DNA of 61,723 nucleotides from Patescibacteria group bacterium (GTDB lineage Bacteria; Patescibacteriota; Patescibacteriia; UBA9570): positions 1 to 61,723 of the forward strand of contig JBAYIY010000009.1 of assembly GCA_041665365.1 (NCBI GenBank). Direction: 5' to 3'. Below the pieces are notes generated by a model. It was not told the origin of the DNA and did not search any database. It saw only the letters and a list, made by a program, of their open reading frames with translations. Below, piece after piece: positions 30,587-40,792 of this stretch. The stretch's first letter is position 1. Each line of letters begins with the position of its first letter. The position numbers were made by a program, and so were the translations under genes.

Positions 30587-30763
30587 TTAGGCTTGATGTA
30601 ACTTATCTAAAGTGTCTTTGATTTTATCGTGATCGATTTTGGCTACCACTCGCTTTATAACTTCATCTTGTTCAGTTTTTAAATCATTCAGTTGTGCCAT
30701 AAAATCGTCATAAATGCGATGAATCAATTTTATTTTTGCTTCCTCCTGTGGAGATAACTCCAT
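30587..30763 (-). CDS. Small (58 aa) predicted coiled-coil protein, below the ORF-track size cut-off
   Basis: Own translation: MELSPQEEAKIKLIHRIYDDFMAQLNDLKTEQDEVIKRVVAKIDHDKIKDTLDKLHQA. It fills the 30584-30772 gap exactly, and its stop lies 3 nt before the PP2C ATG. Confidence 0.55.
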   Translation of the reverse strand: MELSPQEEAKIKLIHRIYDDFMAQLNDLKTEQDEVIKRVVAKIDHDKIKDTLDKLHQA

Positions 30764-30772
30764 AAGTAGAGC

Positions 30773-31084
30773 CTATTTTTGCGACTTCAAAAACTCGACC
30801 GCTAAATCGGTGAGGGCGGTTTTAATCTTGTCGGCAAATTTTTCGGTAGTATTTTTGGTCAAAAAATCATTCACAGCTGTTTGATCAATTTTATCAGGAT
30901 TGGCAACTAATTCAGTAAATTGGCCAGCTTGCTCGTCGTTTAGTTCCTCCATAATAACCACTCCAATACGGCGATAGGCTTGTACCATTAATTGATCCTG
31001 AAGACTTTGTTTAAAATCGTCTGGCAAGGTATCTAATTTGGCCTCTTTCATTAGATTTAGCACGAATTCATTCACTGGATCCAT
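30773..31084 (-). CDS. Small acidic helical protein, DUF5663-like (family recalled from CPR genomes)
   Basis: 103 aa. The pattern LMKEAKLDTLPDDFKQSLQDQL...VIMEELNDEQAGQFTELV matches my memory of DUF5663. First gene after the 31127-31155 promoter. Confidence 0.6.
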   Translation of the reverse strand: MDPVNEFVLNLMKEAKLDTLPDDFKQSLQDQLMVQAYRRIGVVIMEELNDEQAGQFTELVANPDKIDQTAVNDFLTKNTTEKFADKIKTALTDLAVEFLKSQK

Positions 31085-31126
31085 ATATTTTATTATTTAT
31101 TTAGTAGATTCTTATTAACTTGATAC

Positions 31127-31155
31127 TTTATATAACATTTTTTTGAAAATGTCAA
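31127..31155 (-). promoter_or_regulatory. Promoter TTGACA-17-TATAAA heading the DUF5663-like/PP2C/giant-protein operon
   Basis: The minus strand reads TTGACA ttttcaaaaaaatgtta TATAAA. The -10 ends 42 nt upstream of the ATG at 31084. Confidence 0.55.
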
Positions 31156-31182
31156 TATTTTTTTGACTTATCCACAATAAAA

Positions 31183-31473
31183 ATGGCTTTATTTATTGAC
31201 TGGTTACTGTCTTTCCAGTACTCTATAGGCGCCATGAAATCACCATACCTTATGGCCATGGCTGTTTCTAGCGGAAACATACTTGGTCCTTTACTCCTAT
31301 TTGGAGGCATTGGTTACCTAATAAGTAAGCAAACTGGATCAAATATTTATGTGCTTGCGGGCATATTTGTTGCCTTTATCACATCAAACCTGTTAATTTT
31401 TACAACCACAAGAAAATTTCTTTCCTATTTACAACATGGCCGAGACAACGGACACACAACCGATCACAGCTGA
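31183..31473 (+). CDS. AtpZ/AtpI-like small membrane protein of the ATP synthase operon
   Basis: Two TM helices (ILGPLLLFGGIGYLI, VLAGIFVAFITSNLLIF) directly upstream of atpB. The start may instead be 31234 (MKSPYL...). Confidence 0.6.
   Translation: MALFIDWLLSFQYSIGAMKSPYLMAMAVSSGNILGPLLLFGGIGYLISKQTGSNIYVLAGIFVAFITSNLLIFTTTRKFLSYLQHGRDNGHTTDHS
31196..31224 (+). promoter_or_regulatory. Candidate atp operon promoter TTGACT-17-TACTCT, 9 nt before the internal ATG at 31234
   Basis: Reads TTGACT ggttactgtctttccag TACTCT ataggcgcc ATG. It competes with a weaker TTGAAA-17-ACTTAT at 31143-31171 that would serve the ATG at 31183. Confidence 0.4.
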
Positions 31474-32251
31474 GCAAGTCAGTGAAGAACACTCCGAGGA
31501 AGGTGGCATTCATGTTAGCTTAAAACCCGAGGTTATTTTCAATATCGGCCCAATGCCAGTAACAAATTCAATGCTATCGGCCTATACAGTTAGCCTGTTT
31601 TTAATAGTGTTGACAGTTATTATTCGTCTTAAATTAAAAACTGTTCCAGGCAAATTACAATTTTTCTATGAGACAGTACTTACTAGTGTATATGGTTTTA
31701 TTAAGGATACCACCAAAAATGAACCACTAACCAAATGGTTTTTCCCAGTCTTTATGACCCTGGTAATGTTCTTTTGGACGGCTAATATGGCTAATTTTAT
31801 CCCTGGTTTATTGGCTTTACGCGTGAATGGAGCTCATTTATATCGCCCGGCTTTGGCCGATTACGCCTTAGTTATTGGGGTGACTTTATGCATGTTTATT
31901 TTTTCTCAATTTACCGTCTTTAAGTTTGTTGGAGTAAAAATGTACTTAAAACACTTTTTTAATTTTTCTAGTCCAATAAATTTCTTTGTTGGCTTGCTGG
32001 AAATGATCGGTGAAGTCGCCCGGGTGTTGTCATTATCATTTCGTTTATTTGGTAATATTTTCTCGGAAGAAGTTTTGATGTTAGTAATGTTATCGATTGC
32101 ACCATTTGTTGCCCCCATTCCCTTTGCCATGCTTGGTTTATTAACGGCCACCATTCAGGCGATATTGTTTCCCCTGCTGTTGTTGCTGTTTGTAAATATT
32201 TCCGTGGAGGAAGGCCTTCATGCCCAGCATGCTCAATTAACTAATTCATAA
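31436..32251 (+). CDS. atpB: F-type ATP synthase subunit a
   Basis: 271 aa with LSLSFRLFGNIFSEE (conserved Arg) and operon position. Confidence 0.92.
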   Translation: MAETTDTQPITAEQVSEEHSEEGGIHVSLKPEVIFNIGPMPVTNSMLSAYTVSLFLIVLTVIIRLKLKTVPGKLQFFYETVLTSVYGFIKDTTKNEPLTKWFFPVFMTLVMFFWTANMANFIPGLLALRVNGAHLYRPALADYALVIGVTLCMFIFSQFTVFKFVGVKMYLKHFFNFSSPINFFVGLLEMIGEVARVLSLSFRLFGNIFSEEVLMLVMLSIAPFVAPIPFAMLGLLTATIQAILFPLLLLLFVNISVEEGLHAQHAQLTNS

Positions 32252-32268
32252 TTATTTATATATCTCTT

Positions 32269-32496
32269 ATGGATATCGAAGTTGCAAAAATGTTCGCCGC
32301 CGCCATCGCCGTCAGTGTCGGTTGTGCTGGCCCAGCGATCGCGCAAGGCCTAATGGCTAAACAAACCATGGAATCGATCGGGCGTAATCCCAGTATCGAA
32401 AACACCATATTTAGTAAGTTGGTTATTGCCATGGCTATCACCGAATCGCTCGGTATTTACTCATTGGTTATTGCCTTGCTCATTCTGTTTGTCTAG
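32269..32496 (+). CDS. atpE: F-type ATP synthase subunit c (Q...ES...Y, Na+-type signature)
   Basis: 75 aa hairpin with GPAIAQG, the loop ESIGRNP, and AITESLGIYSLVIAL. Confidence 0.93.
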   Translation: MDIEVAKMFAAAIAVSVGCAGPAIAQGLMAKQTMESIGRNPSIENTIFSKLVIAMAITESLGIYSLVIALLILFV

Positions 32497-32502
32497 TAAT
32501 CT

Positions 32503-32994
32503 ATGGAACTGTTCTCTGCGCTCGGCATAGACTACAAAATCCTCATTGCGCAGGTGATTAATTTTGCTGTACTTGGTTTTATCTTGTACAAAGTTGGCTA
32601 TAAACCAATTTTAAAGTTTGTGCAGGATCGTACCGCCACCATTGAATTGGGCGTAAAACAAGCTGAGGAGGCCAAGCTAGCCATCACTGCAGCGACCGCT
32701 GATCAGCAAAATATTATCAAACAAGCCAAGGTAGCTGCTCAAAAACTATTAGATGAAGCCAAAGAGCAATCATTGGTACAAGGGCAACAACTGGTTGAAC
32801 GCAGTAAAGTCGCGGCCAGTAAAGTAGTTGAGCAAGCCAAACATGACATCAGATTAGAGCACGATAAAATGATGCAAGGGGCTAAAGCTGAATTAAGTGA
32901 GTTAGTGCTATTAGCGACCGAAAAAATTCTCAAACAGAAACTAACAGCTGAGGCGGATAAAAGTTTAATTGAAAAAACTATCCATGAAATATAG
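32503..32994 (+). CDS. atpF: F-type ATP synthase subunit b
   Basis: 163 aa with a single N-terminal TM helix followed by a long charged helix. Operon position. Confidence 0.88.
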   Translation: MELFSALGIDYKILIAQVINFAVLGFILYKVGYKPILKFVQDRTATIELGVKQAEEAKLAITAATADQQNIIKQAKVAAQKLLDEAKEQSLVQGQQLVERSKVAASKVVEQAKHDIRLEHDKMMQGAKAELSELVLLATEKILKQKLTAEADKSLIEKTIHEI

Positions 32995-33376
32995 TGCCCG
33001 TATTTACGCTGAAACTTGGTTTTCCTCTTTGTCTGAGGCACCAAATTCTGACTGGGCAAAGCTGTCGACTAATTACTTACAGCACATTTATCGCCATGGT
33101 CATATAAAATGGCTACCGGAAATTGTCAGATTAATTGCGGAATTAGAACACAAGAAAAATGGCACAACCCCAGTGGTTGTCACTACCGCGCATAATGCTG
33201 ACGAAAATCTCGTGAAACAATTGACAGACAAAATTTTACCCAACACCACCGTTGTCATCGAACAGCGCGTTGATCCAGCCATGCTCGGTGGTATTAAACT
33301 TGCCACCTCAAACCAACGCTGGGATGCCTCAGTGCTGGGACATTTAAACCATTTAGCACATAGCCTTTCTTTATGA
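32984..33376 (+). CDS. atpH: F-type ATP synthase subunit delta (short, 130 aa)
   Basis: [10 protein letters not shown]... and a C-terminal GGIKL motif. I chose the ATG at 32984 rather than the track's TTG at 32969. Overlaps atpF by 11 nt. Confidence 0.8.
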   Translation: MKYSARIYAETWFSSLSEAPNSDWAKLSTNYLQHIYRHGHIKWLPEIVRLIAELEHKKNGTTPVVVTTAHNADENLVKQLTDKILPNTTVVIEQRVDPAMLGGIKLATSNQRWDASVLGHLNHLAHSLSL

Positions 33377-34872
33377 ACGAATCGATTGTACAACACCTAA
33401 AAGAAGAAATTGCCAACTTTAAGCAGACGGTAGCAGCTGAAGAAATCGGCACAGTGATTGAAATTGGCGATGGTATCGTAAAAGCGGTTGGTTTAGCGAA
33501 TGTGCGCGGTTCAGAAATGGTTGAGTTTGATAATGGTGTCCAAGGGGTCGCTTTGAACTTGGAAGAAGGCATGGTTGGTATCATGGTGATGGGAGAGTTT
33601 AGTGGCATCAGTGAAGGTATGACGGTTAAAGCGCTTGGTAAAATATTAGAAGTGCCAGTGGGTGAGGCCATGATTGGTCGCGTGGTTGATGCACTTGGCC
33701 GACCGAAAGATGGTAAGGGACCAATCAAAACTGATAAGACATACCCCATGGAGCGCATTGCGCCTGGTGTAATCACACGGAAATCGGTACATCAACCAGT
33801 ACAAACCGGCCTTAAATCAATCGATGCTATGACACCGGTCGGGCGTGGTCAACGCGAATTGATTATCGGTGATCGGCAAACTGGAAAAACCGCCGTGGCC
33901 ATTGACACCATTCTCAATCAGAAGGGTCAAAATATGATGTGTATTTATGTAGCGATTGGTCAAAAAGAAAGTAAAATTGCTCAATTGGTGGCTAAACTTG
34001 AAGAGAAAGGCGCTATGGAATACACAGTGGTGGTATGTACCAGTGCTGCTGAGCCGGCCGCATTATCTTTCTTAGCACCTTATGCTGGTTGTGCCATGGG
34101 TGAGTATTTTATGGATAATGGCAAAGATGCTTTAATTGTTTATGACGATCTCTCCAAACATGCCGTCGCTTACCGGCAAATTTCATTATTACTCCGTCGC
34201 CCACCCGGCCGAGAAGCTTACCCAGGCGATGTATTTTATCTACACTCACGTTTATTAGAACGCGCTGCAAAATTAAATGAAGACAACGGTAATGGTTCAC
34301 TCACTGCCCTACCGATTATTGAAACCCAAGGTAATGATGTGTCAGCTTATATTCCGACTAATGTGATTTCGATTACTGACGGGCAGATTTATTTAGAAAC
34401 CAATTTATTTAATAAGGGTTTCCGTCCAGCCATTAACGTTGGGTTATCAGTTTCTCGTGTCGGTGGTGCGGCTCAGATTAAAGCTATGAAAAAAGTCGCC
34501 GGTACCTTGCGGCTTGGTCTAGCTCAATTTCGTGAATTAGAAGCCTTTACCCAGTTTGGTTCTGATCTTGATGAAACCACCAAAAAACAATTAGAACGTG
34601 GTAAACGTTTAGAAGAGCTACTTAAACAGAAGCAATTTGAACCATTAGCCGTTGAGCATCAAGTGGTGCAAATATATGCTGTCACCAAAGGTTTAACCGA
34701 TGACGTACCGGCTCATACTATTGAAAGTTTTAGTAGCAATTTAATTACATACATTGAACAACACGCACCACAACTATTTGAAAAGATTCGTACTGATAAA
34801 GCCTTCGATGATGCCTGGGAAGAAAAACTACAAGCTACTATTAAAGAATATAAAAACACTCTAGCGCGGTAA
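33373..34872 (+). CDS. atpA: F-type ATP synthase subunit alpha
   Basis: 499 aa with [26 protein letters not shown] and ITDGQI. Confidence 0.97.
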   Translation: MNESIVQHLKEEIANFKQTVAAEEIGTVIEIGDGIVKAVGLANVRGSEMVEFDNGVQGVALNLEEGMVGIMVMGEFSGISEGMTVKALGKILEVPVGEAMIGRVVDALGRPKDGKGPIKTDKTYPMERIAPGVITRKSVHQPVQTGLKSIDAMTPVGRGQRELIIGDRQTGKTAVAIDTILNQKGQNMMCIYVAIGQKESKIAQLVAKLEEKGAMEYTVVVCTSAAEPAALSFLAPYAGCAMGEYFMDNGKDALIVYDDLSKHAVAYRQISLLLRRPPGREAYPGDVFYLHSRLLERAAKLNEDNGNGSLTALPIIETQGNDVSAYIPTNVISITDGQIYLETNLFNKGFRPAINVGLSVSRVGGAAQIKAMKKVAGTLRLGLAQFRELEAFTQFGSDLDETTKKQLERGKRLEELLKQKQFEPLAVEHQVVQIYAVTKGLTDDVPAHTIESFSSNLITYIEQHAPQLFEKIRTDKAFDDAWEEKLQATIKEYKNTLAR

Positions 34873-34873
34873 T

Positions 34874-35755
34874 ATGGCATTACAAGGTCGTGAAATAAAA
34901 AACCGGTTACGGTCCATCAAAAACTCCAAAAAGATAACAAAAGCGATGGAGCTGGTTTCGGCTGCCAAAATGCGTCGCGCCGTACAATCGGCTTTGAATA
35001 CACGCACCTATTCGAATTTACTGTGGGATATTATCAGACGAGTGAAGCCAACCGATTCATCTAATATCTTTTTTGATAAACCCAAGGGCGAACATACCAC
35101 GATAGTTTTGTTCACATCAAACAGAGGTTTGTGTGGAGCGTTTAATTCTAACGTGATAAAAAAAGTCATTCAAATCATTAAAGAAATTGGGCGAGATAAT
35201 GTTACTGTAGTGGCGATTGGTAAAAAAGGCGTTAGCACTTTAAATAATATTGGTATCAAAGCAGAGTTCGCTTATGTAAAAGATGATAGTGCCAAGACTA
35301 CCGCCTCTATTGCTGAAATAGCTGCGTATTTACATAAACAATATGCCTTGGGAAAAACTAGTCGAGTACTGGTAGCGTATACCGATTATCAATCAACCGT
35401 CTTACAAACTCCGGTGGTAAAACAGTTATTTCCCTTGATAGAAGCTAGTAGCATTACCGCGGCGGTCGATAATATTTCAGTCGATACATCAACGATGCTT
35501 GATTACATTTATGAACCAAATAAACTTGATGTGTTAGAATACGTCATACCGCGCCTGACTGAAGTTCAGCTGTACCAAGCTCTTTTAGAAAGTAATGCGT
35601 CTGAACATAGTGCCAGAATGTTAGCGATGAAGAACGCTACTGATGCGGCTGGTGATATGATTGATGAATTAGTACTGGCCTTTAATCGGGCACGCCAGGC
35701 CACCATTACTAAAGAAATTGCTGAAATCTCAGCTGGAACAGCCGCAGTCGCTTAA
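34874..35755 (+). CDS. atpG: F-type ATP synthase subunit gamma
   Basis: 293 aa with IKNRLRSIKNSKKITKAMELVSAAKMRRA and a C-terminal ITKEIAEI. Confidence 0.93.
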   Translation: MALQGREIKNRLRSIKNSKKITKAMELVSAAKMRRAVQSALNTRTYSNLLWDIIRRVKPTDSSNIFFDKPKGEHTTIVLFTSNRGLCGAFNSNVIKKVIQIIKEIGRDNVTVVAIGKKGVSTLNNIGIKAEFAYVKDDSAKTTASIAEIAAYLHKQYALGKTSRVLVAYTDYQSTVLQTPVVKQLFPLIEASSITAAVDNISVDTSTMLDYIYEPNKLDVLEYVIPRLTEVQLYQALLESNASEHSARMLAMKNATDAAGDMIDELVLAFNRARQATITKEIAEISAGTAAVA

Positions 35756-35758
35756 TAA

Positions 35759-37162
<1,404 letters not shown>

Positions 37163-37163
37163 T

Positions 37164-37574
37164 ATGAAACTACAGCTCAAACTGGTTACGCCGATTACAA
37201 CTGTCTTTGAGCAGGAAGTTGACGGGGTTAGTTTACCCACGCAAATGGGTCAGATCACGGTTTTACCAAATCACACTGAAATAGTCAGTGTGCTCACCGC
37301 CGGTGAATTAATTGTTCGTAACGATGACAAACAATTCCCCTTGGCCGTCAGTGGTGGTTTGGTAGAAGTAAATAAAAATACTCTTTACGTGTTAGCCGAT
37401 TCAGCCGAACATGCTCAAGATATCGACATCACAGCCGCGGAAAGTAGAACCCAACAACTCGAGCAAGATCTTAAAGAGCGCACCGACCTTGATCTCAATA
37501 CCTATACATTATTGCAGCGTCAACTCGAAGCTGAACGTGCCAAACTGCATGTTGCCAAAAAATGGCACAAATAA
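37164..37574 (+). CDS. atpC: F-type ATP synthase subunit epsilon
   Basis: MKLQLKLVTP... from the ATG at 37164, 1 nt after the atpD stop. The track's upstream extension overlaps atpD. Confidence 0.88.
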   Translation: MKLQLKLVTPITTVFEQEVDGVSLPTQMGQITVLPNHTEIVSVLTAGELIVRNDDKQFPLAVSGGLVEVNKNTLYVLADSAEHAQDIDITAAESRTQQLEQDLKERTDLDLNTYTLLQRQLEAERAKLHVAKKWHK

Positions 37575-37582
37575 ACATGTCT

Positions 37583-38227
37583 CTACTGGTGACGCGGTAC
37601 AATCTCAATCTGTTGGCGTAGTTTTACGATACTGTTTTCGGATATGCAACCTCTAATACTACTACCAGCATAAATAGTTGTATTTCTACCAATAATGGTA
37701 CCTGGATTAAGAATAGCACCTGATCCAATTTCAACATTATCGCCCAACACAGCGCCAAATTTACGTAAACCAGTGTCAATTGTTTCTGTTTCAGTGACAA
37801 TCACTACATTTTTGCCGTCAGTTTTAAAATTTGCCAACACCGCTCCCCCACCCAAATGTACTTTATACCCCACCACACTATCACCCACATAATTAAAATG
37901 AGGTAGTACCACATCATCAAAGATCAAACAGTGTTTTACTTCAGTGGCATGCCCAATAATACAGTTTCTACCAATCACACTGTACGGGCGTATATAGGCT
38001 CCAAAACCAATCGTGGTGTTATCACCGATCACTACCGGTCCTTCGATTCTGGCTTGAGAATCAATGACTACATTTTTACCACAAATAATATCAGTCTTTC
38101 CTTTTGTTAAGTTATCCACATAGCTTTTTAAAGCTAACAAAATTTCCCAAGGAAATTTTTTATCCTTAAATAACACCGCATGCTCAGTATGGGTCAAATC
38201 GAGTAATGTTGTAGTTTTAAGATTCAT
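37583..38227 (-). CDS. Left-handed beta-helix (hexapeptide-repeat) acyl/acetyltransferase, GlmU C-domain-like
   Basis: 214 aa with repeated [LIV]G-x4 hexapeptides (VVIGDNTTIGFGAYI, SVIGRNCIIGHAT, AVLGDNVEIGSGAIL). Confidence 0.7.
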   Translation of the reverse strand: MNLKTTTLLDLTHTEHAVLFKDKKFPWEILLALKSYVDNLTKGKTDIICGKNVVIDSQARIEGPVVIGDNTTIGFGAYIRPYSVIGRNCIIGHATEVKHCLIFDDVVLPHFNYVGDSVVGYKVHLGGGAVLANFKTDGKNVVIVTETETIDTGLRKFGAVLGDNVEIGSGAILNPGTIIGRNTTIYAGSSIRGCISENSIVKLRQQIEIVPRHQ

Positions 38228-39081
38228 GAAATATGAAATAAATCCTTAGCGTTTTTAGTAGTTTGCTTAACTAAATCAGTATAGCTGATACCTTTAATAT
38301 CGGCCAGGTGACGCGCCACGAACTCCACAAAACTAGGTTCATTTCTTTTACCGCGCTTTGGTATTGGCGCTAAATATGGGGCATCGGTTTCTAATAACAA
38401 ACGATCTAGTGGCACTAATCTGGCACTGGCCTGCACCTCTTTGGCACTCGGAAAAGTGACAATTCCGGTAAAACCAATATAAAAACCTAACTCTAAAAAT
38501 TTTGGAATATACTGTGGTGTGCCAGTATAACAATGGATTGTCCCGGTTATGTTATTTTTATAATCATTAAGGATTTTGAGTAAATCATCAAATGCAGCCA
38601 CTGTGTCCGTTGTGTGTGTGGCCGCATCGCGACAGTGAATAATCACCGGTAATTTTAGGTCTTGAGCTAGTTCAATATGTTGTCTTAATACTTCATTCTG
38701 TTTTTCAGCATAACCTCGGCCATGGTAGTAATCCAAACCACACTCACCTATGGCCTTAACTCGTTTAGATGATAAGGCCAGCTTTTTATAGTTGTCAGGA
38801 ATAAATGTTTCGGCTCGTGTTTTAATGATTTGCACCGATTCACCAATGGCCTGTGCTTCAACTACATCTTCGAGTAAATGTAATGGATGCAGACCAACCG
38901 CCGCATAAATATCGCCACCTAATTCATCAGCGATGAGCACGGAGCGTTGCGATGATTCCCATTGTGTTCCAACATTGATTAATCCAATATTCTTATCAAT
39001 GGCTCGTTGTAAAACTACTCGATAATCATTGAGAAAAGGCTGAAAATTAACGTGGGTGTGTGTATCCACTAATATAGCCAT
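38224..39081 (-). CDS. tatD: TatD-family metal-dependent hydrolase/DNase
   Basis: 285 aa with VDTHTHV, AIGECGLDY, VIIHCRDA and LLLETDAPYL. Confidence 0.88.
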   Translation of the reverse strand: MAILVDTHTHVNFQPFLNDYRVVLQRAIDKNIGLINVGTQWESSQRSVLIADELGGDIYAAVGLHPLHLLEDVVEAQAIGESVQIIKTRAETFIPDNYKKLALSSKRVKAIGECGLDYYHGRGYAEKQNEVLRQHIELAQDLKLPVIIHCRDAATHTTDTVAAFDDLLKILNDYKNNITGTIHCYTGTPQYIPKFLELGFYIGFTGIVTFPSAKEVQASARLVPLDRLLLETDAPYLAPIPKRGKRNEPSFVEFVARHLADIKGISYTDLVKQTTKNAKDLFHIS

Positions 39082-39334
39082 ATAGAACTGTACCGATAAT
39101 AGTAAGCCACGTGCCTAAAAAAGAGCTCTCAATAACCGTGCTGACTTCTTTTGGTAATGAGATAGTGTCTAAATATCCAAACAGGACGGTTATTAGTACT
39201 AAATTTATTATCACACTTAATAAGCCACCAATTAATTTACTCAATAAAGCCAAGAAAGGGATGTTGAATGATTTTGTGCCTAATAGAAAACTTAGGCCTA
39301 ACCAACTTAATATAATCCAATCAACTATGTTCAT
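39047..39334 (-). CDS. Small membrane protein, CvpA-like
   Basis: 95 aa with three TM helices. The N-terminus MNIVDWIILSWL resembles the CvpA family. Confidence 0.45.
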   Translation of the reverse strand: MNIVDWIILSWLGLSFLLGTKSFNIPFLALLSKLIGGLLSVIINLVLITVLFGYLDTISLPKEVSTVIESSFLGTWLTIIGTVLYGYISGYTHPR

Positions 39335-39343
39335 AAAGGTATG

Positions 39344-40789
39344 TTATAAAATTCTGGGAAATAAAGGGGGCATTTTTTTAATGTGATCTTGAGCAAAATG
39401 CTCTTGAATACTTTTAGCAGTATCTGGTAAAAATGGCTCTAGGGCTAAGCCAATATCTTGCACTAAAACCACTAATTTAGCTAATACTAAACTGAGTTTT
39501 TCTGGATTACTTTTAGTAAATAACTCCCAAGGTTTTTCATCATCCACCATTTTATTGGCTTGACGCACAATTTTCCAAATGGCCTCCAAGGCTTCATTAA
39601 ACCGAAACTGGCTAGTGAGTTGGTTAACATCTTCCAGTTGATATTCCGGCTCTGGTAATTCAATGGCCGGCAAGACACCAGCTAAATAACGTTCCACCAT
39701 ATTTGATACGCGACTAACTAAATTACCCAAATCATTAGCTAAATCGGCATTATAACGCTCAATAAATTTAGCTTCAGACCAATCACCGTCTTCTACAGGC
39801 GGAATTTCTCTTAATAAATAATATCTAACTGCATCCGCGCCATAACTGTGAATATACTCGAATGGATCAACTACATTACCCAATGTCTTGCTCATTTTTT
39901 TGCCTTCAGACGAAACATAACCATGAATAAAAAGTGCCTTAGGCAGAGCAATATGCGCTGAGAGCAACATGGCCGGCCAATAGATGGCATGAAATCTTGA
40001 TATGCCTTTACCAATCACATGTAAATCGGCTGGCCAATATTTTTTAAATAAGGCTGTATCACCTGATCCATAGCCAAGTGCTGTGATGTAATTACTCAAA
40101 GCATCAAACCAAACATACATCACTTGCTCAGCATCACCCGGTACGGCCACTCCCCAATCTTTGGCGCGCCCACGTGACCGTGAAATAGAAAAATCGTCCA
40201 GCCCCATATTAATAAAAGACAGTACTTCATTTTTTCTAAATTTGGGATAAATTAACAATTCACCAGATTCAATCAAACGTTTCAAACGATCTTGATAAGA
40301 GGATAATCTAAAGAAATAATTTTCTTCTTGGATTTCCTCAGGTTTCGTATTGTGCTCAGGGCATAACCCGTTTACCAAATCTTTTTCCGTGTAATAAGCT
40401 TCGCACCCAACACAATACAAGCCATGATAGGTTTTTTTATAAATATCTTCTGGTCGACATGCTGACCACAAGGCCTGCGCTCCACGATGATGCTGTTCGG
40501 ATGATGTGCGAAAAAACTGATCAGTTGTGATATTTAGTAATTTAACCAAGTCTTGAAAACTAGCGGCGTGTTGATTACATAACTCTTGCACAGTTAAGTC
40601 GGCTTGTTCGGCGGCGCGCACATTCTTTAAACTATTTTCATCAACACCAGTTAAAAAATACGTATCATCACCAATAATACGATGATATCTAACTAGCACA
40701 TCGGATTGGACGAGTTCCAGCGCAAAACCGACGTGTGGCTTTGAATTGACGTACGGTATAGCCGTTGTGAGATAGTATGGTTTGGCCAT
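39344..40789 (-). CDS. metG: Methionyl-tRNA synthetase (short form, no C-terminal tRNA-binding domain)
   Basis: 481 aa with TTAIPYVNSKPHVGFA (HIGH-type) and KMSKTLGN. Confidence 0.93.
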   Translation of the reverse strand: MAKPYYLTTAIPYVNSKPHVGFALELVQSDVLVRYHRIIGDDTYFLTGVDENSLKNVRAAEQADLTVQELCNQHAASFQDLVKLLNITTDQFFRTSSEQHHRGAQALWSACRPEDIYKKTYHGLYCVGCEAYYTEKDLVNGLCPEHNTKPEEIQEENYFFRLSSYQDRLKRLIESGELLIYPKFRKNEVLSFINMGLDDFSISRSRGRAKDWGVAVPGDAEQVMYVWFDALSNYITALGYGSGDTALFKKYWPADLHVIGKGISRFHAIYWPAMLLSAHIALPKALFIHGYVSSEGKKMSKTLGNVVDPFEYIHSYGADAVRYYLLREIPPVEDGDWSEAKFIERYNADLANDLGNLVSRVSNMVERYLAGVLPAIELPEPEYQLEDVNQLTSQFRFNEALEAIWKIVRQANKMVDDEKPWELFTKSNPEKLSLVLAKLVVLVQDIGLALEPFLPDTAKSIQEHFAQDHIKKMPPLFPRIL

Positions 40790-40792
40790 AAA

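Noticed and set aside
31143-31171. Alternative atp promoter TTGAAA-17-ACTTAT serving the ATG at 31183.
   Set aside because: The -10 candidate lacks the invariant T at position 1 and A at position 2. The downstream TTGACT-17-TACTCT fits the window-wide geometry better. The matter is not resolved, so the CDS is reported with both possible starts.
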